NCBI GenBank assembly: GCA_973895155.1
Contig: OZ316894.1
Span: 21,733,867 to 21,797,866 of the forward strand
Direction of reading: 5' to 3'
Length of the DNA stretch: 64,000 nt
Origin: Marsupella aquatica
Lineage: Eukaryota; Plantae; Marchantiophyta
Shown: piece by piece, positions 52,801-64,000 of the stretch
Position numbering within the stretch: position 1 is the first letter of the stretch
Layout of the letters: each line of letters starts with the position of its first letter
The notes under the pieces: model-generated
What the model was told of the DNA's origin: nothing
The model's input: the letters and a program-made list of their open reading frames with translations, nothing else
The model's database searches: none
Made by a program: the position numbers and the translations under genes

Positions 52801-53829
52801 GACAAAAAAGTTATTCAAATTTCGGTCGAGATGGGTAAAACCTTGGGAAACTCCCCCGTTTTGACCACCTCAGGGAATAACCGAAATACCAAGTACAACC
52901 CGTTGTCGGAATTGCGATGTGATTGGTGCGCCGCGTTGCCAACTTCAATGGCTACGACCTTGCCGAAAAATAACCAAAAAAGTTACCGTTCGGCGGATGA
53001 AATCTTTGTCGGACGGTCAAAAAATTGCTCTCTAGTTTTTTGGAATATTCTATGACCCTTGTACAGGCCCTGTGGGAATTTTGGAAGAACAATCGAGGGG
53101 CTGACACGTGTCCTCGAACCCCCAAAACCCCCTACCACCCTTCGTCGTCGAAATTTGGTCGCGCGCGCAGAAAATACACACGGCAGAATGTACCCCTCGA
53201 CACCAAACGCAAGATATCTCACTCGGGTTTTGACTAAATCAAGATCCGATTTCAGATTTGGAAACTAGACTCCGAGGCGATGAAGATCGATATAAGAAGC
53301 ACCCAAAACGAGGAAAGAACGAGGGAGAAAAAAATTGGTAAAGATGACAGATTTCTCTCAATTGCCATAGCCAATTTCGAATCAGTTTTTCAAAGAGAAA
53401 AAAATGGTACCTTGTCAACAACGAATGTTGATCAATTGCACTTGGTGCCGTCACCAAGTCCAACAAGGTAATTGATTTTGCTTAGCCTTCCTCTTTGCAT
53501 CAAAGAGCCAATCCCGGACTCAAAAACAATCGTCTTGCCTCAATCTCTCCGTTGAGTCAAAACACTTGACGCTTCTCCCTCCGAGTCGATGCCAACTTTC
53601 TTCACAAAATCCAGAACGACGAAAACTTAGATCTCTCTGCACCACAAGCTCCATTCAACGATTTCTTCACACCGTTAGAAAGCTCTTGGCCTGATCTATC
53701 CGTTGAGCCCATAAACTCCAAGTTCCATGCGATGGAACTCTGGAAAATCCACCAACACTCAACGCTGGAAAAACCGTCATGAAATCCCGTCACGAACACA
53801 CATCACCTCCCAAGCATGCTCTGATACCA
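46817..53829 (-). pseudogene. Copia copy C internal region: PBS 53829-53818, gag 52678-51638, pol from 51637 with a 5-nt frameshift near 49300, permuted insert 48923-47243, RNase H end, 3' UTR and PPT; no 3' LTR
   Basis: Minus-strand ORFs 51638-52678, 49286-51592, 48916-49329, 46973-47263; gagct missing at 49300 relative to 55771. Confidence 0.88.
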
Positions 53830-53831
53830 AT

Positions 53832-54649
53832 TGTTGAGCATAGACGACGATCGCAACGGCAAGCCCATGAACCATCCAACGCACAATAGTCGACACAAGA
53901 GATACGTGGTTCACCTCCTTGAGGCTACGTCCACGGGAACACACAAGAGAGCTTTACTGAACTCTAAGCCCGTCGGCTATACCGAGTCTCCACAGTGTAA
54001 GCTCTCCCTATCTCTCAAGTGGCTCCATAACAATGAGCCTTGGTTCTACCTCTCCAAGCACACATGCCTCTTATGATATAGTGTGCAACTTAGTTGTACC
54101 TAACCACATAGTTGTACCTAATCACGTAGTTGTACCTAACCACATAGTTGTACCTAATCACGTAGTTGTACCTAACCACATAGTTGTACCTAATCACGTA
54201 GTTGTACCTAACCACGTAGTTGTACCAACCCACGTTGTTGTACCAACCACGTCATACCTAACCTAGACGTAAGAGTAAATATTGTTGAGCATAGACGACG
54301 ATCGCAACGGCAAGCCCATGAACCATCCAACGCACAATAGTCGACACAAGAGATACGTGGTTCACCTCCTTGAGGCTACGTCCACGGGAACACACAAGAG
54401 AGCTTTACTGAACTCTAAGCCCGTCGGCTATACCGAGTCTCCACAGTGTAAGCTCTCCCTATCTCTCAAGTGGCTCCATAACAATGAGCCTTGGTTCTAC
54501 CTCTCCAAGCACACATGCCTCTTATGATATAGTGTGCAACTTAGTTGTACCTAATCACGTAGTTGTACCTAACCACGTAGTTGTACCAACCCACGTTGTT
54601 GTACCAACCACGTCATACCTAACCTAGACGTAAGAGTAAATACCCAACA
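53832..54649 (-). repeat. Two tandem copia LTRs (53832-54281 with 9 repeat units and a truncated end; 54283-54649 with 4 units)
   Basis: Junction aagagtaaat-at-tgttgagc at 54271-54290; PPT (minus-strand AAGGGGAAGAT) adjoins at 54650. Confidence 0.93.
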
Positions 54650-54840
54650 ATCTTCCCCTTGACTCTGGTCTAGGGGAGAGTAATACTGCCAATGTATATG
54701 ATCCCTCAGCGGGAAGTTCTGGACAGAAACCAAACCGGTTTCCCTCTCTAACTAGAGCAAACCAGAACTAAGCCGTAGCCTAATACATAGGAATGAGGAA
54801 GAGCATATATCAGTAATTACAATGAATGTTTAAGAAAACT

Positions 54841-56801
54841 CTACTTGTGATGCAATTGCAAAACCTGCAATACGTCACGGTGTCTAGAGAAACTCTCCAA
54901 AGGAATCACTTTGGTAAATGCGTCAGTCGGGTTGAGTTTACCATCAATCTTGACTAGCTCAAACAAATTATCAGACACGGCCTGCCTGATAAAATGGTAC
55001 CTGACGTCAATGTGCTTCACTCTGCTGTCCATCACCTGGTTCACAGCAAGGTGGAGCGCACTTTGACTATCACAATGGAGCTTCACATTCCCCTGTGGCA
55101 ATCCCATTTCAGTGATAAGTCTATCCAACCAAATCGCTTCCTTTGCTGCTTCCGCAGCTGCAACATACTCCGCTTCTGTAGTAGACTGAGCAATACACTT
55201 CTGCAAAGTAGACCTCCAACTTATGCATCCACCGCCAAGTGTGAACACGTATCCTGTTGTTGATCTCCTTCGGTCCAAATCTTGTCCATAGTCAGAATCT
55301 ACATAGCCAATCAATGATCTAGCATTCTTTGCATTCGCATCAAATAAAAGACCATGATCCACGGTACCCTTCAAGTACCTGATAATCCACTTCACTGCTT
55401 CCCAGTGTACCTTCCCTGGATTCGACATGTACCTGCTCACCTTGCCCATAGCCATGGCAAGATCAGGTCTAGTGCAAGTCATCAAATACATGAGACTCCC
55501 CACTGCCTTGTCATATGGAACCTTTGACATCAACCCCTTCTCTGTGTCATCCGTAGGACAGAACGCTGATGATAACTTGAAGTGTGGAGCCAACGGGGTA
55601 CTTACTGGCTTGCTATTCTCCATGTTGAACCTTGCAATTACCTTCCTCGCATAACTGCTCTGCGTCAACCATAGCTTGCCAGCCTCCAAGTCCCTAGTGA
55701 TCTCCATACCCAAAATCCTCTTAGCTGGCCCTAAGTCCTTCATCTTAAACTCTGCACTAAGCAGTGCCTTGAGCTTAACAATCTCAGACCTATCCTTGGC
55801 TGCAATTAGCATGTCATCCACATAAAGTACTAAAACAATGAACCCAAAGACAACATTCTTCACCGGTTTCAAATACACACAAGGGTCAAATACACTTCTG
55901 TGAAAACCTTGTGACCGAATCCAATCGTCAAACCGCTTGTTCCACTGTCTTGGTGACTGCTTCAACCCATACAAGGATTTCAGCAATCTGCAAACCAATT
56001 CCTCCTGTCCTCTCTTCACAAAACCTAGCGGTTGTCTCATGAAGATCACCTCTTCCAATGTGCCATAGAGGAAAGCTGTGACAACATCCATCTGATCTAG
56101 GAGCAGACCAAACATTACAACAAGTACACACAATAGTCGTATTGTAGAGTACTTAGCAACTGGTGAGAAGACCTCATTGTAATCCACACCTTTCTCTTGT
56201 GTGAATCCCTTTGCTACCAATCTAGCCTTGTAGACCTTCGATCCACCTCCTATGGAATTATCCTTCAGCTTGTAAATCCACTTGTTGTCCACCACTTGCT
56301 GACCCTTAGGCAGCTTAACAAGCTCCCAAGTTTTGTTGTCCTTTAGTGACTGCATCTCCGTTTGCATTGCTGCAGTCCACTTCTGCTTCTCCTTTGAAGC
56401 ACTTGCCTCATGAAATGAAGAAGGTTCTCCTTCTTCCAAAATTAACGCATCACCCTCATCATCAGCTGTAAAATCATCCTCTTGCAGTTGAGATGAATCA
56501 ACCCACTGTCCATACCTTGATGGAGCGCGTACAGTGCGACCAGATGTTCTTCTAGCCAATGACTCCGGTTGATCTGCGTGTGCTGGTACAATTTGAAGCT
56601 CAATAGCATCCACTTGCTGCTCACCAGCATCAACAAACTCCTCTGGTTCCTCTGGCACAGGAACCAGCTCCATAATTGGAGCAACTCCTTCTCTCCGGTC
56701 ATGCACCTCATAACCAATCTCCCCCTCAACGAGATCCGGGATAGGAGATTTTCCTTTGTCAGTACGGGAGACCTGAGTATTCTCCCCCTCCTTCAATAAT
56801 C
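54841..56801 (-). pseudogene. Copia copy D: open RT-RNase H half of pol, 5'-truncated
   Basis: 651-aa ORF with KARLVAKG, LYVDDML, YVDSD, STTEAEY, KHIDVRYHF; ends at a junction at ~56801. Confidence 0.92.
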
Positions 56802-56890
56802 AATAGATTTTGCTTAGCCTTTCTCTTTTCATCAAAGAGCCAATCCCAGACTCAAAACAATCGTCTATGCTCAACAATTGGTATCAGAGC

Positions 56891-59078
56891 CCTTCATCCT
56901 GAAACTCATCAGTTTGTAGGAAGTGTAGAGCCGGTTCGACAACTCCTTGCGGTGATACTTGCTCTGCAATTCCGCAAACAAGGACATGCAATCCTTATGT
57001 GCACCCAACTGCTTGATGATGGGAGGCATGAGATAGAGTGTAACACACCACACTCCCTGCTCCTGCATGCGGTCCCATTGTTTCTCATCAACATCGTCTT
57101 CACGAAGGCTCAGCAGTTGGCCCATCCCTGACGCATAAAGCACTCCCTTCACCTGCTTCTCCCATAGCAAGTAGTCAGAGCGCCCATCATACTTTGTCAC
57201 TTCATACTTGGGTCCCCCAAGCTTGAAAGTCCCCATCTTCTTCTTTACCGTGAGCTCCGGTAGTAGTACTGCTTCCTCCACCACACGCCGCACCGGTGAT
57301 GGTATCGGTGTCACGTGCTCTTCCTCCTGCTCCTCTCTCTGCCCCTGAAACCTCCGCGGTGATCCTCGTGCTTCAAGTTCCACATCTTCGAAAAACTCCT
57401 CCGAATCACTCATATGAGAAAGTCACAAAAAATGTTGTTTTTCACAACTTCTCAAAAAACTCGAAACTCAACACCGCCGCGTAGCCCACAAAGCTAGGAG
57501 TCCAATACTGAAAACCAAAATCAAAATCGAAATTTGACGGAAAAGTTATTCAAATTTCGGTCGAGGTGGGTAAAACCTTGGGAAACTCCCCCGTTTTGAC
57601 CACCTCAGGGAATAACCGAAATACCAAGTACAACCCGTTGTCGGAATTGCGATGTGATTGGTGCGCTGCATTGCCAACTTCAATGGCTACGACCTCGCCG
57701 AAAAATAACCAAAAAAGTTACCGTTCGGCGGATGAAATCTTTGTCGGACGGTCAAAAAATAGCTCTCTGGTTTTTTGGAATATTCTATGACCCTTGTACA
57801 GGCCCTGTGGGAATTTTGGAAGAACAATCGAGGGGCTGACATGTGTCCTCGAACCCCCAAAACCCCCTACCACCCTTCGTCGTCGAAATTTGGTCGCGCG
57901 CGCAGAAAATACACACGGCAGAATGTACCCCTCGACACCAAACGCAAGATATCTCACTCGGGTTTTGACGAAATCAAGATCCGATTTCAGATTTGGAAAC
58001 TAGACTCCGAGGCGATGAAGATCGATATAAGAAGCACCCAAAACGAGGAAAGAACGAGGGAGAAAAAAATTGGTAAAGATGACAGATTTCTCTCAATTGC
58101 CATAGCCAATTTCGAATCAGTTTTTCAAAGAGAAAAAAATGGTACCTTGTCAACAACAAATGTTGATCAATTGCACTTGGTGCCGTCACCAAGTCCAACA
58201 AGGTAATTGATTTTGCTTAGCCTTCCTTTTTTCATCAAAGAGCCAATCCCGGACTCAAAACAATCGTCTTGCCTCAATCTCTCCGTTGAGTCAAAACACT
58301 TGACGCTTCTCCCTCCGAGTCGATTGCCAACTTTCTTCACAAAATCCAGAACGACGAAAACTTAGATCTCTCTGCACCACGAGCTCCGTTCAACAATTTC
58401 TTCACACCGTTAGAAAGCTCTTGGCCTGATCTATCCGTTGAGCCCATAAACTCCAAGTTCCATGCGATGGAACTCTGGAAAATCCACCAACACTCAACGT
58501 TGGAAAAACCGTCATGAAATCCCGTCACGAACACACATCACCTCCCAAGCATGCTCTGATACCAATTGTTGAGCATAGACGACGATCGCAACGGCAAGCC
58601 CATGAACCATCCAACGCACAATAGTCGACACAAGAGATACGTGGTTCACCTCCTTGAGGCTACGTCCACGGGAACACACAAGAGAGCTTTACTGAACTCT
58701 AAGCCCGTCGGCTATACCGAGTCTCCACAGTGTAAGCTCTCCCTATCTCTCAAGTGGCTCCATAACAATGAGCCTTGGTTCTACCTCTCCAAGCACACAT
58801 GCCTCTTATGATATAGTGTGCAACTTAGTTGTACCTAACCACATAGTTGTACCTAATCACGTAGTTGTACCTAACCACATAGTTGTACCTAATCACGTAG
58901 TTGTACCTAACCACATAGTTGTACCTAATCACGTAGTTGTACCTAACCACGTAGTTGTACCAACCCACGTTGTTGTACCAACCACGTCATACCTAACCTA
59001 GACGTAAGAGTAAATACCCAACAATCTTCCCCTTGACTCTGGTCTAGGGGAGAGTAATACTGCCAATGTATATGATCC
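56891..59078 (-). mobile_element. Copia copy E: 3' UTR stub + PPT, LTR 59023-58567 (9 units), PBS, 5' UTR, and gag truncated at RMK
   Basis: The LTR is flanked by PPT on one side and PBS on the other; gag ORF 57413-56891. Confidence 0.92.
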
Positions 59079-59573
59079 TGGGACCTGTGGGTTATGGGCC
59101 CACCACGCTTCCGCTGCGCACTTTGTGGACCAGCTTATCCTCATTGGTCTTTCAGTTTAGTCTAGGAAGTGTGGGGTTTGGTCTTTGTCTCCCCCTCCCA
59201 GACTCCTTCACTCCACCTATTGATATGTACCCATTCGGCTCGAGGGCATTAGAGTCCTTGGGGTGCCATTTGGGGGAGTTGTCTCTGAGAAAAATTTTCT
59301 TTAGGCTGCCCTATCCTAGGACTTGTTGCATATTGACCAGTTGGCGGCCTTGAGGGATGCCTAGACCATATCTCCTTTTTGATCTTGGTCGGATTGTGTT
59401 TTATTTGGTGTCCTTCCTATCTTCTCCAGACAGTCCCTCCTACCGTGATGTTCCTGTCTTTGCTCTCTTCATTTGACACCACTGTGATGAGAGTCTTTGG
59501 GCACCTCATTGTTTTCGGGAGCCCTTGATGGAGAGGATGGTTCTTTTGTGGCTAGGTAGGCTGCGTTTGCCCC

Positions 59574-59906
59574 TGTTGAACTATGACGTCTTTCGCAACC
59601 ACCATTCAACCATGACTCATTTCATGCACACGTAGTCGACACAATCTCTACGTGGTTCACCTCTTCTCTAAGGCTACGTCCACACGAACACTCAAGCTTT
59701 ACTTCAAGAGTAGACGAACACACATGTTCCCCCTCTTCCTCAAGTTGCTCCGTTACAATGAGTAAGCACCACCACACCAGCGGCTTACACTAGCCTTGGT
59801 ATATACAAGGTCACCTACGACTAACCTAACCTCAGCTAAGACCCTAACTGTGGTTAGCCTAAGTGCCGTAACCTTTGAGTCACAAGACTAAGAGCAATCC
59901 TTAACA
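59574..59906 (-). mobile_element. 333-bp solo LTR of a related copia family
   Basis: TGTT...AACA ends, perfect 5-bp TSD GCCCC (59569-59573, 59907-59911). Shares gtcgacaca, tacgtggttcacctc and ggctacgtccac with the young LTR. Confidence 0.9.
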
Positions 59907-60309
59907 GCCCCCATCGGGAGGTGGTATGGGGGTGGCCTCGGCAGTGGACACTGCCCCTTGCGCATTTCTTGGTAGTTGGATGCAGGTGGCTCCAGCCTTG
60001 GCCTCACATTTCATTGTGGACCTTTGGCCTATCTGCTCTGACTTGGTCATGGGACTCGTGGAGTACGGAGCTCTCCCGTTTCAGGTCCAACTTTGTCTTG
60101 CACGCTCATTATTGTTGGAGTACGTGCAAAGCGTGGTCCCTGCATTTGAGGGAGTTGTTTTGGACAGCCCGGATCGAGTCCAACAGGTGATTATTGATGG
60201 CATACACCAACGTACCCTTTCCCGCATGCTTTTTGAGGCACCCTTAAATTGGGTACGGGCACGTCTCTTATCCGGTTTGGGCACGTACTGGTTCAACTCT
60301 AAACGATAT

Positions 60310-61110
60310 TGACCAAGTAATGTGTCATTGTTTGTTACATGCTGACATGTCATTGTTGAATTTACAATGATTATTTATTGATTCATTGCTTTGTATTTTT
60401 TTCAGATTGATTCATCAATTATCCATTGTATGATCAAGACTGATTCAGTTTCAAAATAATAAACAATGAATTTGCATTGATTCATCCTTGGTCTAGCGTT
60501 GAATTATCAATATATCAATGCCACATTAGTGTGTAATCATTGTGTTTTCATTGTGTAAAAACCATATTTCATGGAACAATCAATCATTCATGTTTCATTG
60601 CTTATTCATTATCACTTCATTGACAAATCATTGTCATTTCATCATGAACCTATATCATTGGTCCATTGTCATTCAGTCAATATTGATTCAATCTCATTTC
60701 ATTGATCCATCGTCATGATTTTCATGACATTGTATCATGAGTTAATCATTATTTCATCATCTGTTAAATTGTCATTTTGGGTGTCATTTCAGTGTCATTT
60801 CATTGTGACATTGGTCCTCATTAAACAACTGTGTTTTTGTAGTTGGTTTGTTGTTAGTTCCACATAGTTTTTAGATTATCAACAGTGTGATTTATTTGTC
60901 ATTTATTCATTACAGATTTCTTGCTAGTTCCTTGTTGTATCTATGTCAATTTAATGTCATTTCATTAGCATTTCAATATGATTTTCTCATTATCATTTCC
61001 CTATATTTGCATTGTCATTTTATTGGTGAGAAGTTGTCATTCCATTGTTATTTCATCAATCTCTCTTAAGCTCATCAATGTCGTTGACTCAAACAATGAT
61101 TTGTTGTTGA
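60310..61110. repeat. AT-rich low-complexity region built on TCATT/CATTG motifs
   Basis: Very frequent tcattg/tcatt words with no clear fixed period. Confidence 0.55.
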
Positions 61111-62159
61111 TGTGTCACAAGTATCAATGAATAGATAATTTTTGCGGGGTATCCCAATTTATCCAATTTGAATACACTTTCGCAACCTATTTTAAAAGCT
61201 TTCACTTTAAATGTTTCCAATGAACTTTTGATCAAGATGCAAAAGAAATTTGAGCTCTGTAGTCAAATATTTGTCTCCATATTAAAGGTCGACTAGAGCT
61301 AGAGTTATCAAAGTTTTAACAAATACATTCACGCTGGATGCATTCCAATCATAATGACAATTTGTACTAGAGAATCATAAGAGAACATTCCTAATTTAAG
61401 ATTAACTTGGGCTAGTCCAGAGCTCTAAATCTTGAGAGACTACTTGTTTTTCTAGTGCTTGCCGACCAAGTGTTACTTCAGTCATCCTACACAAGTAGAT
61501 GTCACGCATCCACTTGTCATCCACATTGATCTGAGATTCCTACCTCCAGCTCAAGGTCCAATGTTCCAAAGCTTGCAGAACTAACTTAAAATCAGTATGA
61601 GCTTTGAAATGTCCAGATTTTGAGTTCCGCCTGCTACAAAAGAACTCACCCTTCCTCCTGCAACATATATTCACATATCTGCCCTAATCTTGGCAATTGT
61701 GTTCCAATGAGCTCTGCCTCCAAGTTAGATGCATCTTCCTGTGATTAGACATGCTTGTAAACTCCAGTGAGATAAGACACACAGCTGCCCTAAACTTCCA
61801 TTGGATCGAGTCAATTCACAACAATGCACAATGGCGATAGGGACACAACCTACAAGAGAGACCTACAGCCTTGAAGACTGGGCCCCAAAGTCATTGTGCA
61901 ACACCACTCTGGAAAAGTTTTTTACGTCGATGTTTGCCAGCAAGGTGAAGCTTCTATAGGAAGCTACATATACTGCGATTTCAAGTTCATCAATTTTTTG
62001 GTATTGTAGCACGTAGTGGTACATCACTAGGTATTATGATATATCTTTTTATTAAGATTATCTAGAAAAGACGTGCTAACAGTAAAATGCCACAGTACGT
62101 TAACAAGTGACCTTATCGTGGCTTTGCATAAAATATACTAACCGAGTTTCAAACCTTAC

Positions 62160-62375
62160 CTACATATTTCTCTTGATTATTCTATTCATGAAACTGTTAT
62201 GTGTTCCGTCCACATCGAGATCCAGGTAGTAGCACAAAAAGTGGTCATGAATTACGCCAATTGTGTTCTCAGATATAAGTATTCCATGCAAGTTGTCATC
62301 AGGGGCATCCTCATTGTCATCTTCTACTTGCTCGGAGGTGCTGCCTTTGACCATTACAATCCCAGAGATTGCAAC
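62160..62375 (-). pseudogene. Isolated copper amine oxidase exon ending in TAG
   Basis: AG|VAISGIVMVKGST...GILISENTIGVIHDHFLCYYLDLDVDGTHNSF...NM*|GTAAGG, containing the HDH copper-ligand motif; no upstream CuAO exons in the window. Confidence 0.8.
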
Positions 62376-62382
62376 CTGTCAA

Positions 62383-62960
62383 TTAGTTATTGTACTCCTC
62401 CGCTTCTTCATCTATAAGTATCCGGTCCATTGAGTAAAGATTGACCAGATAGCAAGAAAGGGATGTAGGGGTCTTCAAATGAAGATTCCGGACCTGCTTA
62501 GCTATAACTTCCTCCAAAACTTTGGCCCAGGAAATCTTCTTCTCTCCTATGTAAGAAGCAACAATCGTGTTCCTCATCCGGATTGTAAGTTGTCAAGGCT
62601 TGGCAAGGAGAGAATTGGTAGCAAAAAGGACGTACAGAACATCAAAAAACTCCTCATTACAACACCGAGATACCTTCCAACCATCTTTCGGATCGACCTC
62701 TCCATCAAAGTAATTTTCAGCAAAGTCATTCTTCGAGGTCAGAAAGCCCTCTCCCTTCAAAGGCACATCCAATAGGGACAAGATAATTATTGCGGCCCAC
62801 TTTTCCGGTTTGGCTCTAATCAAATCCGGAAATTCTAGAATGAGGGTTGAATGGTTCCGGACCTCCTTGATGAATACAACACTCTGGTAACCCCAGGGAA
62901 ACTCCATCAACTTTGCACAGCCAATGTCTCTAGATTCTTTTGTAATCGATCCCTCCTCTC
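62383..62960 (-). mobile_element. Decayed TE-associated ORF resembling a multicopy liverwort hypothetical-protein family (possibly an LTR-retrotransposon accessory ORF)
   Basis: Two same-frame ORFs split by a stop at 62593, with IRAKPEKW, DGWKVSRC, ISWAKVLEEVI, SLSCYLVNLY. Family assignment is from recall only. Confidence 0.45.
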
Positions 62961-64000
62961 CTGATCTGAAGGTATCTCCAGTTGCAACGGCTTCTCGTTA
63001 ACAATGATGGCTCTTTCCTTCGTAGACCTCTTTGGTAATGTCCGGAGTCTGGATTTTCATGGGGAAAAATCCGGATCCTTTCTCTTCACCATGATGAGTG
63101 ATGGAGAGAAAGAAAACAAATTCCAAACCCTAGTAGAATTCCGGAATTCCTATCACAAGTCTCAAATCCAGAAATCAAAAGTTGCGTCTTCTATTCCCCA
63201 CTCAAGCGAACGATCACCACTTCCCCCGTCACCAACTTTCCTCATGACTAATGCCTCAAATTGCAGCCTCGTCCAGCTCTATTCTCTCCAATAGTTCAGA
63301 CTAAAGATTTCCACAGCGGTTTGGTGTGTAGACTGCAGCCCCAACAATGGCCTTAAGAACTTAGAGGCCAACTTCGTGAATCCGGACGGATGCTGAACTT
63401 ATGGTTTTATTTTTATTCTTGTACGCCTCTTGTGTTGCAGCTGTAACGACGTTTTGAGTTCCGAAAGAGTGCTATCCGGCTATTTCCAGATCAGACTCTT
63501 CAAACTAGTTAAAATAGCCATTTCCGGTCTCAATATGCTCCGTAAACCATCAAAAAGAGAGAATTTAAAAACCACTGTTTAATTCCTTTGGTTATAACCA
63601 TGGTATCACAATTTTTTTGAAATAACCATGGGTAGAAGGAAACTCTTCAGCTATTTTAACACTTACCAAGGTAAAACATAAGAAACCCTTCAACTAATGG
63701 ACAAAGGAATACCATTGATAGAACATAAGAAACCAAGGGAACTTTGTGCATGGACTACTACCATGAATAATTTCCTCTTTTTTTCCTCTCATCTCCATAT
63801 TCAAACCTATTCCAATATGCAACTTTTCATATTACTTTCCAACACGTGCTCTAACTTGTTGAATAACATCTAACTTACATAACCAAGGGGTACTCAAACT
63901 AATTCCCTTGTTTGAGGAGGTGGAGAAGCAACTTTCTAGGGGCTTGCTGTTATATTAGTTGTGTGGTTGGTTGTTGTGTGATGTGGCTTCTTTTGCCTTT

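Larger units (their letters stand above)
42073..59078. mobile_element. 17-kb rearranged block of one young Ty1/copia family (Tork/Tnt1-like), with partial copies in both orientations
   Basis: Four LTRs, four tRNA-iMet PBSs plus one PBS fragment, three PPTs, and repeated near-identical gag/pol segments. Domain order gag(CCHC)-PR-GAG-pre-IN-IN-RT(YVDD)-RH. Confidence 0.96.
39087..60290 (+). mobile_element. Decayed CRE-clade-like non-LTR retrotransposon in four pieces (39087-39494, 40875-42037, 59075-59573, 59907-60290), interrupted by nested LTR insertions
   Basis: N-terminal zinc finger CDAC...TRHHRSC. RT motifs HQFGVATPGGCESVVH, DVANAFN, GTRQGDPL, ADDTHI|LGP, GIRVLGVPFG, LPPSGGGMG, AFLGSW. 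Reading frames rejoin once the insertions are removed; multiple stops and frameshifts; no endonuclease domain visible. Confidence 0.8.

Noticed and set aside
54033-54266. ORF with (VVPNHI/V)n peptide repeats, also at 42095 and 58768, superficially RiPP-precursor-like
   Set aside because: It is the translation of the 18-bp LTR repeat, antisense to the element; no signal peptide or other coding evidence.

Overview
This is eukaryotic nuclear DNA from a land plant. It is probably a bryophyte, most likely a liverwort; that is inferred from the gene families, GT-AG intron style and TE content. The gene-rich left part (1-34.3 kb) holds a 5'-partial ABCG24/28-like transporter with an apparent 4-bp frameshift, an MDR-family NADPH reductase, an intronless ascomycete-like pyridoxamine-5'-phosphate-oxidase-family gene (fungus-to-plant HGT candidate), V-ATPase subunit H and TRAPPC2L, separated by minisatellites, MITE-like foldbacks and TE debris. 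The right part (35-64 kb) is a nested TE island. GC-rich tandem units precede a decayed CRE-clade-like non-LTR retrotransposon, which is split by two solo LTRs and by a 17-kb scrambled block of one young Ty1/copia family. That block has no target-site duplication. It contains a 2-LTR junction, a PPT-LTR-PBS (1-LTR) junction, a circularly permuted 1.7-kb insert, and microhomology junctions that repeatedly fall at TGAAG. The copia family has gag and pol in one frame separated by a single stop codon, so Pol would need readthrough or splicing, and its LTR carries a variable 18-bp GTAC/ACGT repeat. A copper amine oxidase exon fragment lies near the right end. Exon coordinates were read by eye and may be off by a few bases.
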